DNA of 63,106 nt, filler included, from Reticulomyxa filosa (lineage: Eukaryota; Protista; Foraminifera), in the NCBI GenBank assembly GCA_000512085.1. It is 18 parts of 18 records of this genome, joined end to end, with 100 filler letters (N's around TTAATTAATTAA, not from the genome) between each part and the next. Parts side by side here need not be neighbours in the genome. Positions count along the whole stretch, not along the records: positions 22,740 to 31,699 come from ASPP01000905.1; positions 31,800 to 32,836 come from ASPP01010690.1; positions 32,937 to 34,037 come from ASPP01024660.1; positions 34,138 to 36,324 come from ASPP01035112.1; positions 36,425 to 38,935 come from ASPP01039555.1; 13 more parts are not named here. One strand, given 5' to 3'. The notes under the pieces are model-generated. The model searched no databases, was not told the DNA's origin, and was given only the letters and a program-made list of their open reading frames with translations. Made by a program: the position numbers and the translations under genes. The number at the start of each line of letters is the position of its first letter. Within the stretch, counting starts at the first letter, position 1. Shown piece after piece: positions 26,501-39,035 of this stretch.

Positions 26501-28501
26501 GGGGACAGTGGTCGCGGTCATTGCAGATAACATAAAATCGTGACTGTCTGCAAGAGTGGAATGGCCGGAAACCTGTGCGAGGGACACTGGATTGGCAGTG
26601 TCTGCGACGCTGGGGATATTGGTATCAGTGAATTCGGTGAAGCCATTGGGGCCAAATTCCTGTTCCAACAAGTGTTCAGATATCAATTGGTTGAAATCTG
26701 CTGGAATAGCACGGCCCTTGCCTTTGGTGCTGATATTCCCACTCGCGATTGTACCTGGTTGGATCAGCGTCGTTGGCGTGGGGATTTCGAGGGAAGGACT
26801 GCCCGAGGGGCCCTTGCTATTTGCTTTGTGAAACTCTCTCATTTTTTTCGATGGGCCGGTTACTTGTCATATTTTCCAAACCAATCAAAAAAAGTGTACT
26901 TTTAAAAAAAATAAAAAGTTGGTTGTGAAAATCAACGCAAATCATACCAACGTTATGCAAAGATCCATTCAATGCTGCGTTCATAAGGTCATTCATATCC
27001 GGCGCTTTCTTGAACTCCTCGATCCAGTCGTCTTCTTCTTTTCTTTGTTCAAGGAAGTCATCGATAGACATGCTCGACTGCTGGCCATGCTTGGCTTCCA
27101 CTGCACTGGGAACTTTCGATGGCAATGTGTCGAAAGGGTTAAACCCCGGATCATCGTTGATGCGGGTCGACTTGTCTTTGGACGCTGTTTCCAAGTGATG
27201 ATCGCTGGGCAAGTTCAACATATCGCTCACGTCAAGTTTCGTCTCGTGTTTTGGCGTCGCTTGCGTCTTGTTTGAAGGCTTGGCAATGCTATTGACAAGT
27301 GTGTACGCATCTCTATCATATGCAAAAAAAATAAATAAATAAATAAATCGATGTTTCAAACGTGTTTGCGAACCTGGTCGTTGTCATCGAATTCGAGTCG
27401 TTGCCCTCGAAATTGCCAAACATGTCGTCCGATTCATTTATTTGCGTCATCGGGGGATTGCTTTGGATGATTGGCTTCGAAGTTGCGAGCGAAGGGGTTT
27501 GAACTGGGATTGATGTAGAAGTCGAGACCAATGTCGATTTCGAATCGACTTTGTTCATTTCTGTCACGCTGTGATTCGTCTCTTTTTCCAAAGGCCCGCC
27601 TTCAAACGCACCAAACTCATCGGCCATTGCACTTGTGTTCGTGTTTGCATTTGCATTTATATTTGTATTTATATTTGTATTTGTATTTGGAGTTGGCCTT
27701 GTCAGCTGTGATTCATTCAATAAATATGTTACACATTGTTGCAATATTGTCATCCTTCGTTGCAATTCTGCGCCTTGATAGCGAATTTGCAGTGAGTGAG
27801 TCACTTTCCCTAGCATTTCCGCACGCTTTTGATTGTCTTGCGTTTCACCCAATTTCCCATTTCTTAAAAATTGAAGGCATTGCATGTGCTCCTTTTTTTT
27901 GTCATTTTAAAATCTGTCTTTTGTAATCCGTGTATATGCATATGTATATACATGTACATATATATTGTATATTATGCAAACAAACTTTCGAATTTTCAAT
28001 GATTTGTTTGAGTGACAGCACCGTATTTTTGTCCACCAAAGTGGTTGTCGGTGTGGTAATAGGCACTGAGTACACCACTTGTAGTTGTGGTTGTGGTTGT
28101 GGCTGTGACTGTGACTGTGACTGTGACTGTGGTTGTGGCTGTTGCAGTTGCTGCTGTTGCAACGCGGAAGACGAAGTGACTGTGTCAGAACTTGATGCTG
28201 TCGGCATGTGAAACACATACATCGGGGCAGTGGCCACGTTGGAGCTCGGGTCATGTGTGGCTGTTGGAGGTGGATGGTAAGGATACGGGGCTGTTGTAAA
28301 CGTTGTTGGCGGCGGACCGTACAAAACCATCGGCTGTGGTTGTCCCGCCATTGTCATGTAGGAGGCGACCGGAATATAGGTTGGTGCTGGCATATGCAAC
28401 GGCGCACCCGAGGGATTCGCTGGGAAACCAGGACCTGTTCTTGGCTGCTGGGTTACATTTGTCCCTGGTGGAAACGAATATTGGCCATAATGGGGATACA
28501 T
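23595..28501 (-). CDS. Large low-complexity multi-exon protein with clathrin-adaptor-binding motifs (aftiphilin/gamma-synergin-like)
   Basis: Pro-rich N-terminus (MYPHYGQYSFPPG), repeated DEFGAF, DMFGNF, IGFGTF, DWTGF, EWHGF, DWSGF and NPF motifs, and a helical C-terminal region. Successive minus-strand ORFs are separated by intron-like gaps. Confidence 0.6.
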
Positions 28502-28639
28502 TCCTTTAAAATCAATCAAATTTGAATGTTTTTGTTCTTGAAGGGGGAGAGGAAAAAAAAGTGTGCCCTTGTTCAGGTTTACTGGCAACCGTTTTTGTTC
28601 AATTGTAACGAGTTTAGGAAAAGCACCTTTTTTCGATTC

Positions 28640-29835
28640 ATGGCTAGTCAGATCACTGAAAGTTGTATGAACAGGTTCTACAGGAGGTTAACGTGTAAAA
28701 AGAAAAAAGTCTTATTGTGGTCATAATCAACCAACAAAGGGAAATGCAAATCAATAAAATAAGGCCAAAATGGACAGACTCTGACAAAATACTCAATGCA
28801 AAAATTCAACGCTTGCTGGAAAGTTGGACACGAGTATATCACCTGGATCTTCCAGTGGTTTTGTCAAATCTTGTCTTTGATTTTTATAACTTCAGTTCAC
28901 GCAATCCTTTGAGAAACTTATGTTCAAATTCTGAGCGAAAAGTGGAAGTCAAACAACAAAATTAAAAAAATGGACAGAAGAGACAATGTGCTGGAGCAAG
29001 ACTGTTTGCGGGCTTCACATAAAGCATTTAGAGACAAACTTAGTGCAATTCGACATAGATCATGAATATTTGCATACCATTGTGACAGGTGGTGCTCCAA
29101 TCAAAAAATCTCAAGACAAATATTTTGCCTATCAACTTCAATTTTCTACTCCAATGCGCACTGGATCGTGGTGCGTAGGCGTAGGTATGAATGTTTCCTC
29201 TCGAAAAAGTTCAGGAGGGAGTCCCTTCGCCCTCAATCAACTAAAAACAAGTTTGTTTGTTTATTCTATTACATTGTCGAATGAAATGTTTGAAATGTTT
29301 GAAATGTCAGCGAAGTGGCCTCCACGAGCGAAAGGCGACAACACAGTCTTGAATGAAGATTCGAGAGATAGATTGGATCGTTATGACGTCCACATGTTCC
29401 AAGGATCGCACTCGTTTTCATTTGATATGGGCTACACCAAACTAAACGGAGTGCAACTTAAAAGGGCAATCGAACATGGCGATACCTTACAATTTCTAGG
29501 TGTGAAGTACTGAAAGAAGGAGAGAGAGGGTTGTCTTGATCTCCTTTTGGGATATTACACTCATTCAATTCGAACAGTATTTAAAAAAAATTATTATGTT
29601 TCTTTTAATAGTGGATTTTAATTACACTCCAAAAGGCGAGTCTCATACAGTTGGCGTGATTCATTTATTTCACAATATGGAAACCTACTGTAACGTCCTA
29701 TTTAAAGGCATCCCGGATGAATTGGTACCGGTCATGTGCACAAGATCGAAAAATGAATGTCTAATCCAAAGTGCTGATACGTACCACTTAGTCGCGTGGA
29801 TACAACATGAGACACAAACTTCTCCAAATACCTAA
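28640..29835 (+). CDS. Multi-exon protein with an N-terminal W-x-R module and a SPRY-like beta domain
   Basis: MASQITESC..RPKWTDSDKILNAKIQRLLESWTRVYHLDLPVVLSNLVFDFY; then GSWCVGVG, GDTLQFLVDF and LFKGIPDELVPVMC, which resemble SPRY/B30.2 strands. Confidence 0.45.
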
Positions 29836-31799
29836 TTTATTGCAAATCTGCATTGTTGCAGTTGCTCCATGAAATACACTGTCTACAATTACTAAATGTG
29901 AGCTCATTTCTGCTCTTTTTTTTTTTGGAGAACATTTTCGAATATTCTTTTAAGTGTTTTCTAATATTTACAAAAAATTGAGTGTTTAGAGTTATGAATA
30001 TTAAAAGAAAATCTGTTCACTTATACACCAATTTCTTGTTTGTGCTGCACATAAACAAGATTTGGGCTGTTCTCAAATGCTATCAATCCTAATTTACAAA
30101 ATTTTGCTTAATTTAACAATTTCGCAATTTCTTTGTTCGACACTCAGTTTTATTTTTTATTTGGTAATACAGTATAAAACTAACACTCAAAAGTAAATTA
30201 ATAAGCAGCATTTTCAGTTTATAATTTGTAAAGTTTTTCGCTTCATCTGCAATCAGTCTTTTACAAAAGCACTAATGAATTAAGAATCAAACCAAGAAAA
30301 CATACGATGATAGAAAAAAAAAAAATTTAGTGCAAGTTATACACATTTTATTTATCTTCAATAAAAATATGTAAAGCCAAAAGTAATGTATCCAATACAA
30401 TCTGTTAATCATATACTTAAACATAGAAAGCATACCAAAGATATTCAATTATTTCATTAATTTTTTGTAAATAACTCTTTGAGCCAAGCGTATTCATCAC
30501 GCGTGAAAATCACAAAAAATCTCATTTTCAAAAACTTTAAAAATTAATATGATATATCATATCACAAGCACTAACAATTATTCACTAAAATAAAATAAAA
30601 TAAATTAAGCTGACAAGTTGAAGCAAAACTCATCAAAAAAAATAGAAAAGTTTGTCCTATTGTCTCAAGCTGATTTTGCAATTCAATTTTATTTTTAAAA
30701 TATTTCTTATTCTGTGTTTGTTGATGTCGTTTCATATACCGTTTTAGTGAGAACTTACAAATTTATAAGAAACTTCTTTAAAAAGTAGTTTGGAAAAAAT
30801 TTATAAATAAAGAAAAAACCAAAAAGAAGATATTAGTTAATTTGGTTTATACTTGTGTGCAAACGTATGTTTAGGTAAACTAGAATATAAATTTACTTTT
30901 TATAAATAAAATTGTACATTTTTGAGTGTTCGTTTTAGTATATTTTTTTGCGATTGCAGATATAAGTAATATCAAGCACATTGAAAATCGAAAGGTTGAT
31001 TTTATAAAGTGTAATTTTTTTTAATAAAATTCAGATTCTGTCATCATATTTTGTTTATTTCTAAATATTATTGGATCAAATGACCACCCTCTTCCCTAAA
31101 GACCAACATATAGTGTTTTCGTTAATTGATTACGCAATCACATAGCAACGCTGGAACCGCTTCTTTCTAAACCTACTTTCTTCACAGTTCCCTCGTCTCT
31201 TCTTGTTTGCAGTCATTTGTGTTCTTTGATTTAACTATTCTGTTTTTATTGAAAAGTTGCGAAGATAGCAATACCTCCATAATAAACTTTGTCCAGTCAG
31301 AGTGAGTCGACGCACTAAGACTTTGAAAGATTATTTCATTACTTTGTTGCAAAAATTGTTCAATCATTTTGATAAGTTGAACAATGGATCAAATAACTTT
31401 TTTTACAAAATTTCTAGTTTAATTTGATTAAGTTGCATTGCTACAAAAAGTTTCTTTATTTTTGTGTCAAAAAAAATTTTTCAAATATTTTTTCAATCAA
31501 CAAATTTTTTGTAAAAATATTTTTGAATATAAACTTTGATTTGATACAAAAACGACTCAAAATACCAAAAACACCAATAATAGGAACATTATTAAAAATT
31601 TTTGAGTTGTAATGCTCAACATTGCCAATAATTTTTTTTTTTTACTGCATCTATCTTTCTTGTTTCATCGTCTGAAATAGATACGTCAAAAAAAAAAATN
31701 NNNNNNNNNNNNNNNNNNNNNNNNNNNNNNNNNNNNNNNNNNNTTAATTAATTAANNNNNNNNNNNNNNNNNNNNNNNNNNNNNNNNNNNNNNNNNNNN

Positions 31800-31884
31800 A
31801 GTGGAAGGAAATGGTGTTTGCCGAAACGACCGGCGCGAGGGCGTCATCGGCATAGGGCAGTTTCGGAAGGGTGAAATTCGACAT
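31800..31884 (-). CDS. sodB: Bacterial Fe/Mn superoxide dismutase N-terminus (partial)
   Basis: MSNFTLPKLPYADDALAPVVSANTISFH with a GAGGAC RBS upstream. Metal specificity cannot be determined from this fragment. Confidence 0.85.
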
Positions 31885-32280
31885 AACGCGAGTCCTCAAG
31901 CTGGCTGGCCCGGATCGTCCCGGGCGGGCGGCGTCCGACATGAACGCACCTCACCTTATGACGTTGCGCGTGGCGATGGTGCTACGATTTTTGCCGCGAC
32001 CCGGCGCGTAAATCCCCTATTCGCGTGTGGGATCGGCCAGCGTCTCGCCTCCCAAAAGGCCGAGGCGGGGAATACGGGCGGGACGACCGTGCGCCTATCG
32101 ACGACGCGCGAGTGGTTCTCAGGCGCGCCCGAAACCGAGCAAGTCGTTCTCACTCTCTCGCCTTTCAGGCGTTGCTCGACGTTTTTTCAGCGAACGTTTC
32201 TCAGTCGCTCACTCTTCGGTTGCGTCACTGGAATCGCCGAGTATCTGTAAGGACCGACTCATCCAAAGAGGAGGTTCGCC

Positions 32281-32765
32281 ATGAAGGGCAACCCGCAGAT
32301 CGTCGACGAACTCAACAAGCTCCTCAAGAACGAGCTGACGGCGATCAACCAGTATTTCCTGCACGCCCGTATGATGAAGCACTGGGGCTTCGATCGCCTC
32401 GGCAAGAAGATCTACGAGGAGTCGATCGGCGAGATGAAGCACGCCGACAAGCTCATCCAGCGTATCCTTCTGCTCGACGGTCTGCCCAACCTCCAGGACC
32501 TGGGCAGGCTCGCGATCGGCGAGAACGTGCCGGAGGCGCTCGACGCTGACCTCAAGCTCGAGACCGCAGCCCGTACCGCACTCGTCGAGGCGGTGACCGC
32601 CTGCGAGGCGGCGAAGGCTATGTCAGCCGTGAGATCGCGGTCAGCATCCTCGAGGACGCCGAGGAGCACATCGACTTCCTCGAAACGGAGATCGGCCTGA
32701 TCGAGAAGGTGGGCGTGCAGAACTACCTGCAGAGCCAGATGGGCGAGGGGAAGGGCCCGAGCTGA
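32281..32765 (+). CDS. bfr: Bacterioferritin, with a 1-nt frameshift at ~32618
   Basis: [50 protein letters not shown]. The shifted frame continues [51 protein letters not shown]. Confidence 0.95.
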
Positions 32766-32936
32766 CTGCTCGGGAGCCGGGATCAATCGGCGGCGAGAAG
32801 CGTCGGCTGAACCGAGCGCTCATGGGCGGTCACATGNNNNNNNNNNNNNNNNNNNNNNNNNNNNNNNNNNNNNNNNNNNNTTAATTAATTAANNNNNNNN
32901 NNNNNNNNNNNNNNNNNNNNNNNNNNNNNNNNNNNN

Positions 32937-34037
32937 CTCGTTTGCGGTATTTGGGTTGGCGTGGAGGAGGAAAAGTAGCGATGGAAGTAGCAGCGGAAGT
33001 AGCAGTGGAAGTAGCAGTGGAAGTAGCAGTGGAAGTAGGTGTAGAAGAGGAAGAAGAATAAGGCCATTGTTTGTTGACAACATGAAGCCCTCCTGAAATG
33101 TGAGCAGAAGAAGCAGAAGAAGCAGAAGGCTTTGATTCAAGGGCACGTCTTTTGGACTATGGAATAAACAGTGTGTTTTATTAATTTATTTATTACACAA
33201 TATAACATAATAAAAAATATATAAAAGTAAACTAATGATAAAGTTTGAAGTACAGGTCCTAATTGAGTTAAATCTTTTTTTGTGGTATCTGCATTAGGAT
33301 TAATATAATCAGATTCAATAAGTGTAGCTTTTCTTTTTTGTAGGGAAGGTTTTCGTGGCAATTCGAATACATTTTTGATATTTTGAGAAATTAGAGATGA
33401 ACCTTGAATTCGAGAAACAGGAGCCTGTGCTTTCATGATGTTATCTTTTGATTTTAATTTTTTTTTTTTTTTTTTTTGCTTTTGATTGATTTGTATTAGT
33501 GTTGGTATTGATATTGTTTACATCAGCCTCTTTGACATTTGAATTGGAATGAATATCAGAATTGGTCTTTCCGGCCATTTGAGCGATAAATTCCAATACA
33601 GGCTCTTTTTTTAATCGTTGAAAGATTTGACAAGCTTTTGATAAGGATAATTGTGCATTGGGATCCTCTTCAAAAGATTTTTGTTGATCTGTTGAAAACA
33701 AATGATTTGATTGATCATTGGAAGATTCAAATCGAAATGGAAATGTAGAATTCATTAAAGTAGAAGGAGGAGAAGAAGAAGAAGATGGAATAATTCCATT
33801 GAAATGTTGTATTTTTCGCTTATTTAAATTTGTATTAGAAAGAATCGGTTGTAATTCATGAATATATTCATGAAATAAATTGGAATCAAAATGATGAGAC
33901 AAAGAAGAATATTGTGTAAGTGCAAGCAAATGATGATCAGGTAAAATGCGATGAGGTGATTCATCTAAATCTCTAGCTTTTTGATCTCTCCATTCAAATA
34001 ATTGTCGAAGCAATGGATTTTGTTGTAATTGTGATGA
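32937..34037 (-). CDS. HRDC domain and C-terminal region of an Rrp6/EXOSC10-like exonuclease (partial)
   Basis: LRQLFEWRDQKARDLDESPHRILPDHHLLAL is the HRDC signature. Confidence 0.7.
32975..33038. repeat. 12-bp tandem repeat, ~5 copies (gtagcagtggaa)
   Basis: Directly visible; reads as Thr-Ser-Thr-Ala repeats in one minus-strand frame. Confidence 0.9.
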
Positions 34038-34162
34038 NNNNNNNNNNNNNNNNNNNNNNNNNNNNNNNNNNNNNNNNNNNNTTAATTAATTAANNNNNNN
34101 NNNNNNNNNNNNNNNNNNNNNNNNNNNNNNNNNNNNNAAAAAGAAAGGGGGCGAACGGATAA

Positions 34163-36239
34163 ATGATGAATCTATTACTAACCTTAAGTTCTTTAGCAAG
34201 CTGCCTGTGGACCTGTTGGGGAAGCAGTAGTGAGCAATCACTCGTTCCATGGGCGTATGCAGTGTTGCCAATTGGGACAATAGCCCCGCAAGGGTGGTTG
34301 AAGTCGCAGCTGCAAATACAAGCGGCGGGACTGTCAGGTCATTTGGCATTGTTTTGGCCCGACGTGGCGAACAGTACCTGGATCGGTTAAGTGGTGAAAG
34401 CTTGTGAATGGAAATAAAACAACAAAGGCAAAAAAAAGGGGGTGGAACAAAGAGTTTTTTTTTTTTTTTTTTTTTTTAAACGAACAAATGAACATCAGGT
34501 GGTACAGCAGATTCAGGTCTCCATGAAAGGTGAGATGCTCCAAAAAGCATATATGCATATGTACATGTATACATATATGTACATATATACAATATATATA
34601 TATATATGTATATATGTGTATGTGCATGTATAAAAGAGCTCCTTATTGGTTAAATGGGATGGTGCCATTATCATTTTTGTTGAAGAACGAGACGAACTTG
34701 ATGGAGCAGGCGACCAAGTACGTGACGTATATAATGTCGCACCAGACGAAAGAGGGCTGGTTGGGTCCGGACGACATAATGGACGGGAACATGTATTGGA
34801 GTCGGTTCAATGTGTTGAACAGCTTCCGAATGTACTGTGAGGGCGTGAACAACAGCGACCCGCAAACATGCGACATGTTGAAGAGCAGCATGTTGAAGTA
34901 CATCCTGAACCAGCATGAGCGCATGTACGTGGTGCCACTGCAGGATTGGAGTGCGGCCAGATATATGGACTTTATCCTGTCGGTGCATTGGCTCATCGAA
35001 AACGGAGGCAGCATTATCGACGGCTATCAATCCACATTATTCGACGTGGCGCAGCTGGCACATAGTCAAGGCATGGATTGGGAATGGTGGTTCGATCGTC
35101 TGCCCACACAGCCGGTGGCACCAGACAACACCAGTTATTACACCCACGGCGTCAACAATGCGCAGGCCTTCAAGAGCGCCGCCGTGTGGTTCCGACAGAC
35201 CGCAAATGACACGCTGCGCGTGCTCAGCGAAACGCGTCTTACCAATATGGACATGTATCACGGCCAGGCCACTGGCATGTTCGGAGCCGATGAACATCTG
35301 GCCGGCAGGATGCCCAGTCGTGGCACCGAATTGTGTGCCGTCGTCGAGTATATGTTTTCCTTTCAAGTTCTTTTTTATATCTATGGTCGTGGAGCTCCCC
35401 CTTTTTTTTTTTTTTTTTTAAAACGACTATATATACTTCTTTTTTTTGTTTACAGATCATGTTCAGCGTGTTCGGTGATGTCAACTATCTAGATCGCTTG
35501 GAACGAGTCGCTGTCAATGCACTCCCCGCAACCTTTGCTTCACCTACCGGGGGTGATATGTGGGTCTGTTATATATATACATATATACATATATGTATAT
35601 ATGTACATGTATATATGTACATGTATATATGTACATATATATATATATATGTTTATTTATATATGTACATACATTTGTATATAGGCACATCAATATTTAC
35701 AACAAGTGAATGAGATTAATGCGATTTACTCGGACCCAGTTAAGTCCTTGTCCAATATATAATGCTTTGCTTGGATTATGTGATGCTCATTTGCTAAACA
35801 AAATCCCTTTTTTTTTTTTTCTTTTTTGGCTGGCCTTGTTTTGTTTTTGGCTTTGCTTTGAATTGCTGTGCGACGGATAGCACGTGTGGGCAACCGATGG
35901 TCCGAACAGGTTTGCTGTTTGTGCTTTTCTTTTTGTATTGTTGTTGCTCCTCGCTTTTGTTTATGTGAATATGCTGGGGATGTCGATAGCACGATTTACG
36001 GACTCGAACCAAACTATGGTTGTTGGTTAGATCTGTTTTCATTTTATTTGTTTGTTGGTTTATTTGCTTTGCGTCTTCCGCAGTTGTATTTTCTTTATTT
36101 ATGTGTTGTATTAATCCCTGTCATTGTTATCGTCACAATTGTATATTTAAAAAAAAAGAGGAAGAATTTGGATTGATTGGGATGGTTTGGTGTTTGCACT
36201 GACTTGTTTCTGTTTCCAGCACTGCAAACTTCAACCAAG
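34163..36239 (+). CDS. Secreted GH127-like (beta-L-arabinofuranosidase family) glycoside hydrolase, 8 introns, 3'-truncated
   Basis: Signal-peptide-like start; PQGWLKSQLQIQAAGLSGHL, ERAPYWLNG, THGVNNAQA, GADEHLAG, RGTELCAVVE and spliced LEPNYGCCTANFNQG. Confidence 0.85.
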
Positions 36240-36599
36240 GTATATATACATATATGTATATGTATATATGTTATATGTATATATGTTCGATCTGTGCACA
36301 CATATACACATATACACATATACANNNNNNNNNNNNNNNNNNNNNNNNNNNNNNNNNNNNNNNNNNNNTTAATTAATTAANNNNNNNNNNNNNNNNNNNN
36401 NNNNNNNNNNNNNNNNNNNNNNNNATTAAAAGGAAATTAAATTGACAAGAACAACTTCAGCACAAGAAAGGAAAACAATTAAAAAAAAACAATACAAAAG
36501 CGAGTTGTGTTGTGAAGAGTATTTGAGATTGTATAATAGGGACTTACACTACAATGTGGAGGTGCAGCCCGACCGGGGGGTCCCAAAAATAGATTCACA

Positions 36600-38935
36600 T
36601 AACAACCGGGCACTTAATCTCATTACTTTCAACTTTACACTTCAACATCTTTACATGTTAGAACTGCATCCGGATCGATGTCAAAAAGTTCATCCTGTTG
36701 GAAATCGACATCATTTTCACCAGACTGTCTTGCTCTGCCATCTGTGCTTGCTCGACTTGACGTTGGCCGGATTGGCTGTCTCTCGAAGGAATGTCGCGCT
36801 AGTTAGAGGCAAATACTTGGCCATCATTTGTTCCACTAAGCGTGCTGACTGGTGCGTTTTGGCTGGCCTCAAAGATAAGACTGTTGCATTTTGGTCTTGG
36901 GGACTTATGTGTAACAAAGTAGAGGTAGAACATGGATATTGATTGTTAGGTAGACTGAGTTCAAGGTTGTTGTCAAATGTGATAGGTCTGATGTGAAGAC
37001 TTTCATCTCCTCATCTAATAACGTATATCCTATCTCTATGCGACTCTCCGTTCAGTTTCTCTTTTTCAGGGTACCGCTTTCCCAAGTATATTCGTCATTT
37101 TGTTATTTTCTGTGCATGAACTGTTTTCCAACGAGTGCTTGTCCTACTTATTACTCCTTTATGTATATGTGTCTCTTTTTCCACTTTGCGTCTATCTTTT
37201 TCCTCATCTTCCGTACATTTTTCTTTTCCTTTTCATTCACCATCTCCATACATTTATCACTCCATATTGTATTTGTTGCATTCTTTACTCTAGCTTTCCG
37301 TGCATGTATCTTCCTCCATCGTGCGATTGCCCTCTACTGCACCAGTACCCCTTTTCATGTGCTTATTGTCTTCATTTCCGCTTTGCGTACAATGCCTCAC
37401 TTCCTACCATTATTTGACCTTTCCACATCTCACTTTCTATACATTTTTCCTGCTCCACCATATATTTGTCTATTACATTCTTACTATTTGTTACAGTCTC
37501 TTTTTTTTACAATGTGCTTATTCTTCAGGACCACCGTTTCTAGCATCGTTTGTTTGGGGACAATGTGTACTTCTTTGACCGTGTGTGCAAAGCGAGGATT
37601 TCATCCGTGATTCCGAACTCGTCGATTAAAGGAAGGAGATGAAAATAATTTATGCAGAAGAAGCCTTATTAATGAAAGTTGTGATGAATTTCGTCCATTC
37701 GTTTTTTGCGTTGTTTTGTTGTTAATGTTTTTGAGGAGGTCGTAGAAGAGTTCTAAATTAGCGACCATATTATTATAATTCCAATTTTTGTACATATTTT
37801 TATTCTGAAATTGTTCAATACTTTTCACACTGAATGTTTTACTTCTTTAATTTCGTCTATTTGATGTCCTGCCATATCCTATCAATTGGCAATTAACATA
37901 AAAGAGAAGGAATAATTGGACTTCCTCAGTTTGTGGCATGTGGAAAAGGGAAGAGTAAAATAACTGTTGAGAGATGAAGTGATTAGAATATTTACAAAGA
38001 ACGAAGATGTCATTTTACTTTGCGAAGAAATAACCTTGAACATCCAATCAGATACAAGACAAAGCAAGACATCAATTAAACAATCAAACAACACTTTATT
38101 TTTTCGTTGGAAAATCTTAAATGCCAATAAAAAGATACAGCGTAAAATAAAAAAAAGTGAATTTATGGTGGTCTTATTCTGTACTGATTCTCAGTTGTTA
38201 TCTTTATCTTTTTCTTCTACTTTTACAACTGATTCTTATTTGATTTGGATTTCATTATTTTTACATTCATTAGCATTGTCAGAATCTGACAATCTATAAT
38301 TTCATTAATTTTCAGTTCGTTAGATTGACTTGTAGTATTTGTTCTTTGTTTTTACTAATATGGATTTGTGCTACGTTATCTGAAATACTATCAATTTCTG
38401 CGTCTTCTGTTTGTTTTTTCAGTCTTTTCTTTACATCAGTTTGAATTAATTCCAACGTTACATTGCTTCTTTCTTTTTCCAATTCATACGATAATTCTTT
38501 ATTTTTAAGTTCAAATTTTTTTCTTTTTTTAAATAGTTTACAGATATTGATGATATTGCACTTTTTTCAGTTAATTGCATTATAATAACATTTTAATTCT
38601 GTTTTATATTTTGATCTTAGATTCTCCAACACTTTTCCGTATTGAGTTAGTTTTTTTTCCATTTTGCTTCGTTGATTAGCTAATTCTTTTGTTAATTCAC
38701 AAATATTTTGCTTAATTCTTTATATTGCTATATTAAATAAGCATTTATTCTTTCCAAATGTTAGTTATAAATTCTTTAAAAACATTCAAAATTGACTGCA
38801 GTCCAACCATTTGCCATACAAAGCTTTTTTCACCGAAATTCACAAATATGTTTGCAATATATTGGTCTATCATCCCAAATTGGTTTGGTCATTTTTTTAC
38901 ATATTTTAATATTGTTATCAATACTTAGGTCCTTT
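36600..38935 (-). pseudogene. Decayed coiled-coil-containing ORF of unknown origin (possibly a retroelement ORF1)
   Basis: Fragments KPIWDDRPIYCKHIC, ELTKELANQRSKMEKKLTQYGKVLENLRSKY and DFQQDELFDIDPDAV are broken by stops and frameshifts; no introns are evident. Confidence 0.25.
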
Positions 38936-39035
38936 NNNNNNNNNNNNNNNNNNNNNNNNNNNNNNNNNNNNNNNNNNNNTTAATTAATTAANNNNNNNNN
39001 NNNNNNNNNNNNNNNNNNNNNNNNNNNNNNNNNNN

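Noticed and set aside
32600-32640. bfr frameshift as programmed recoding
   Set aside because: There is no slippery site; one missing base in the conserved KDYVSR segment points to a sequencing error on a small contig.
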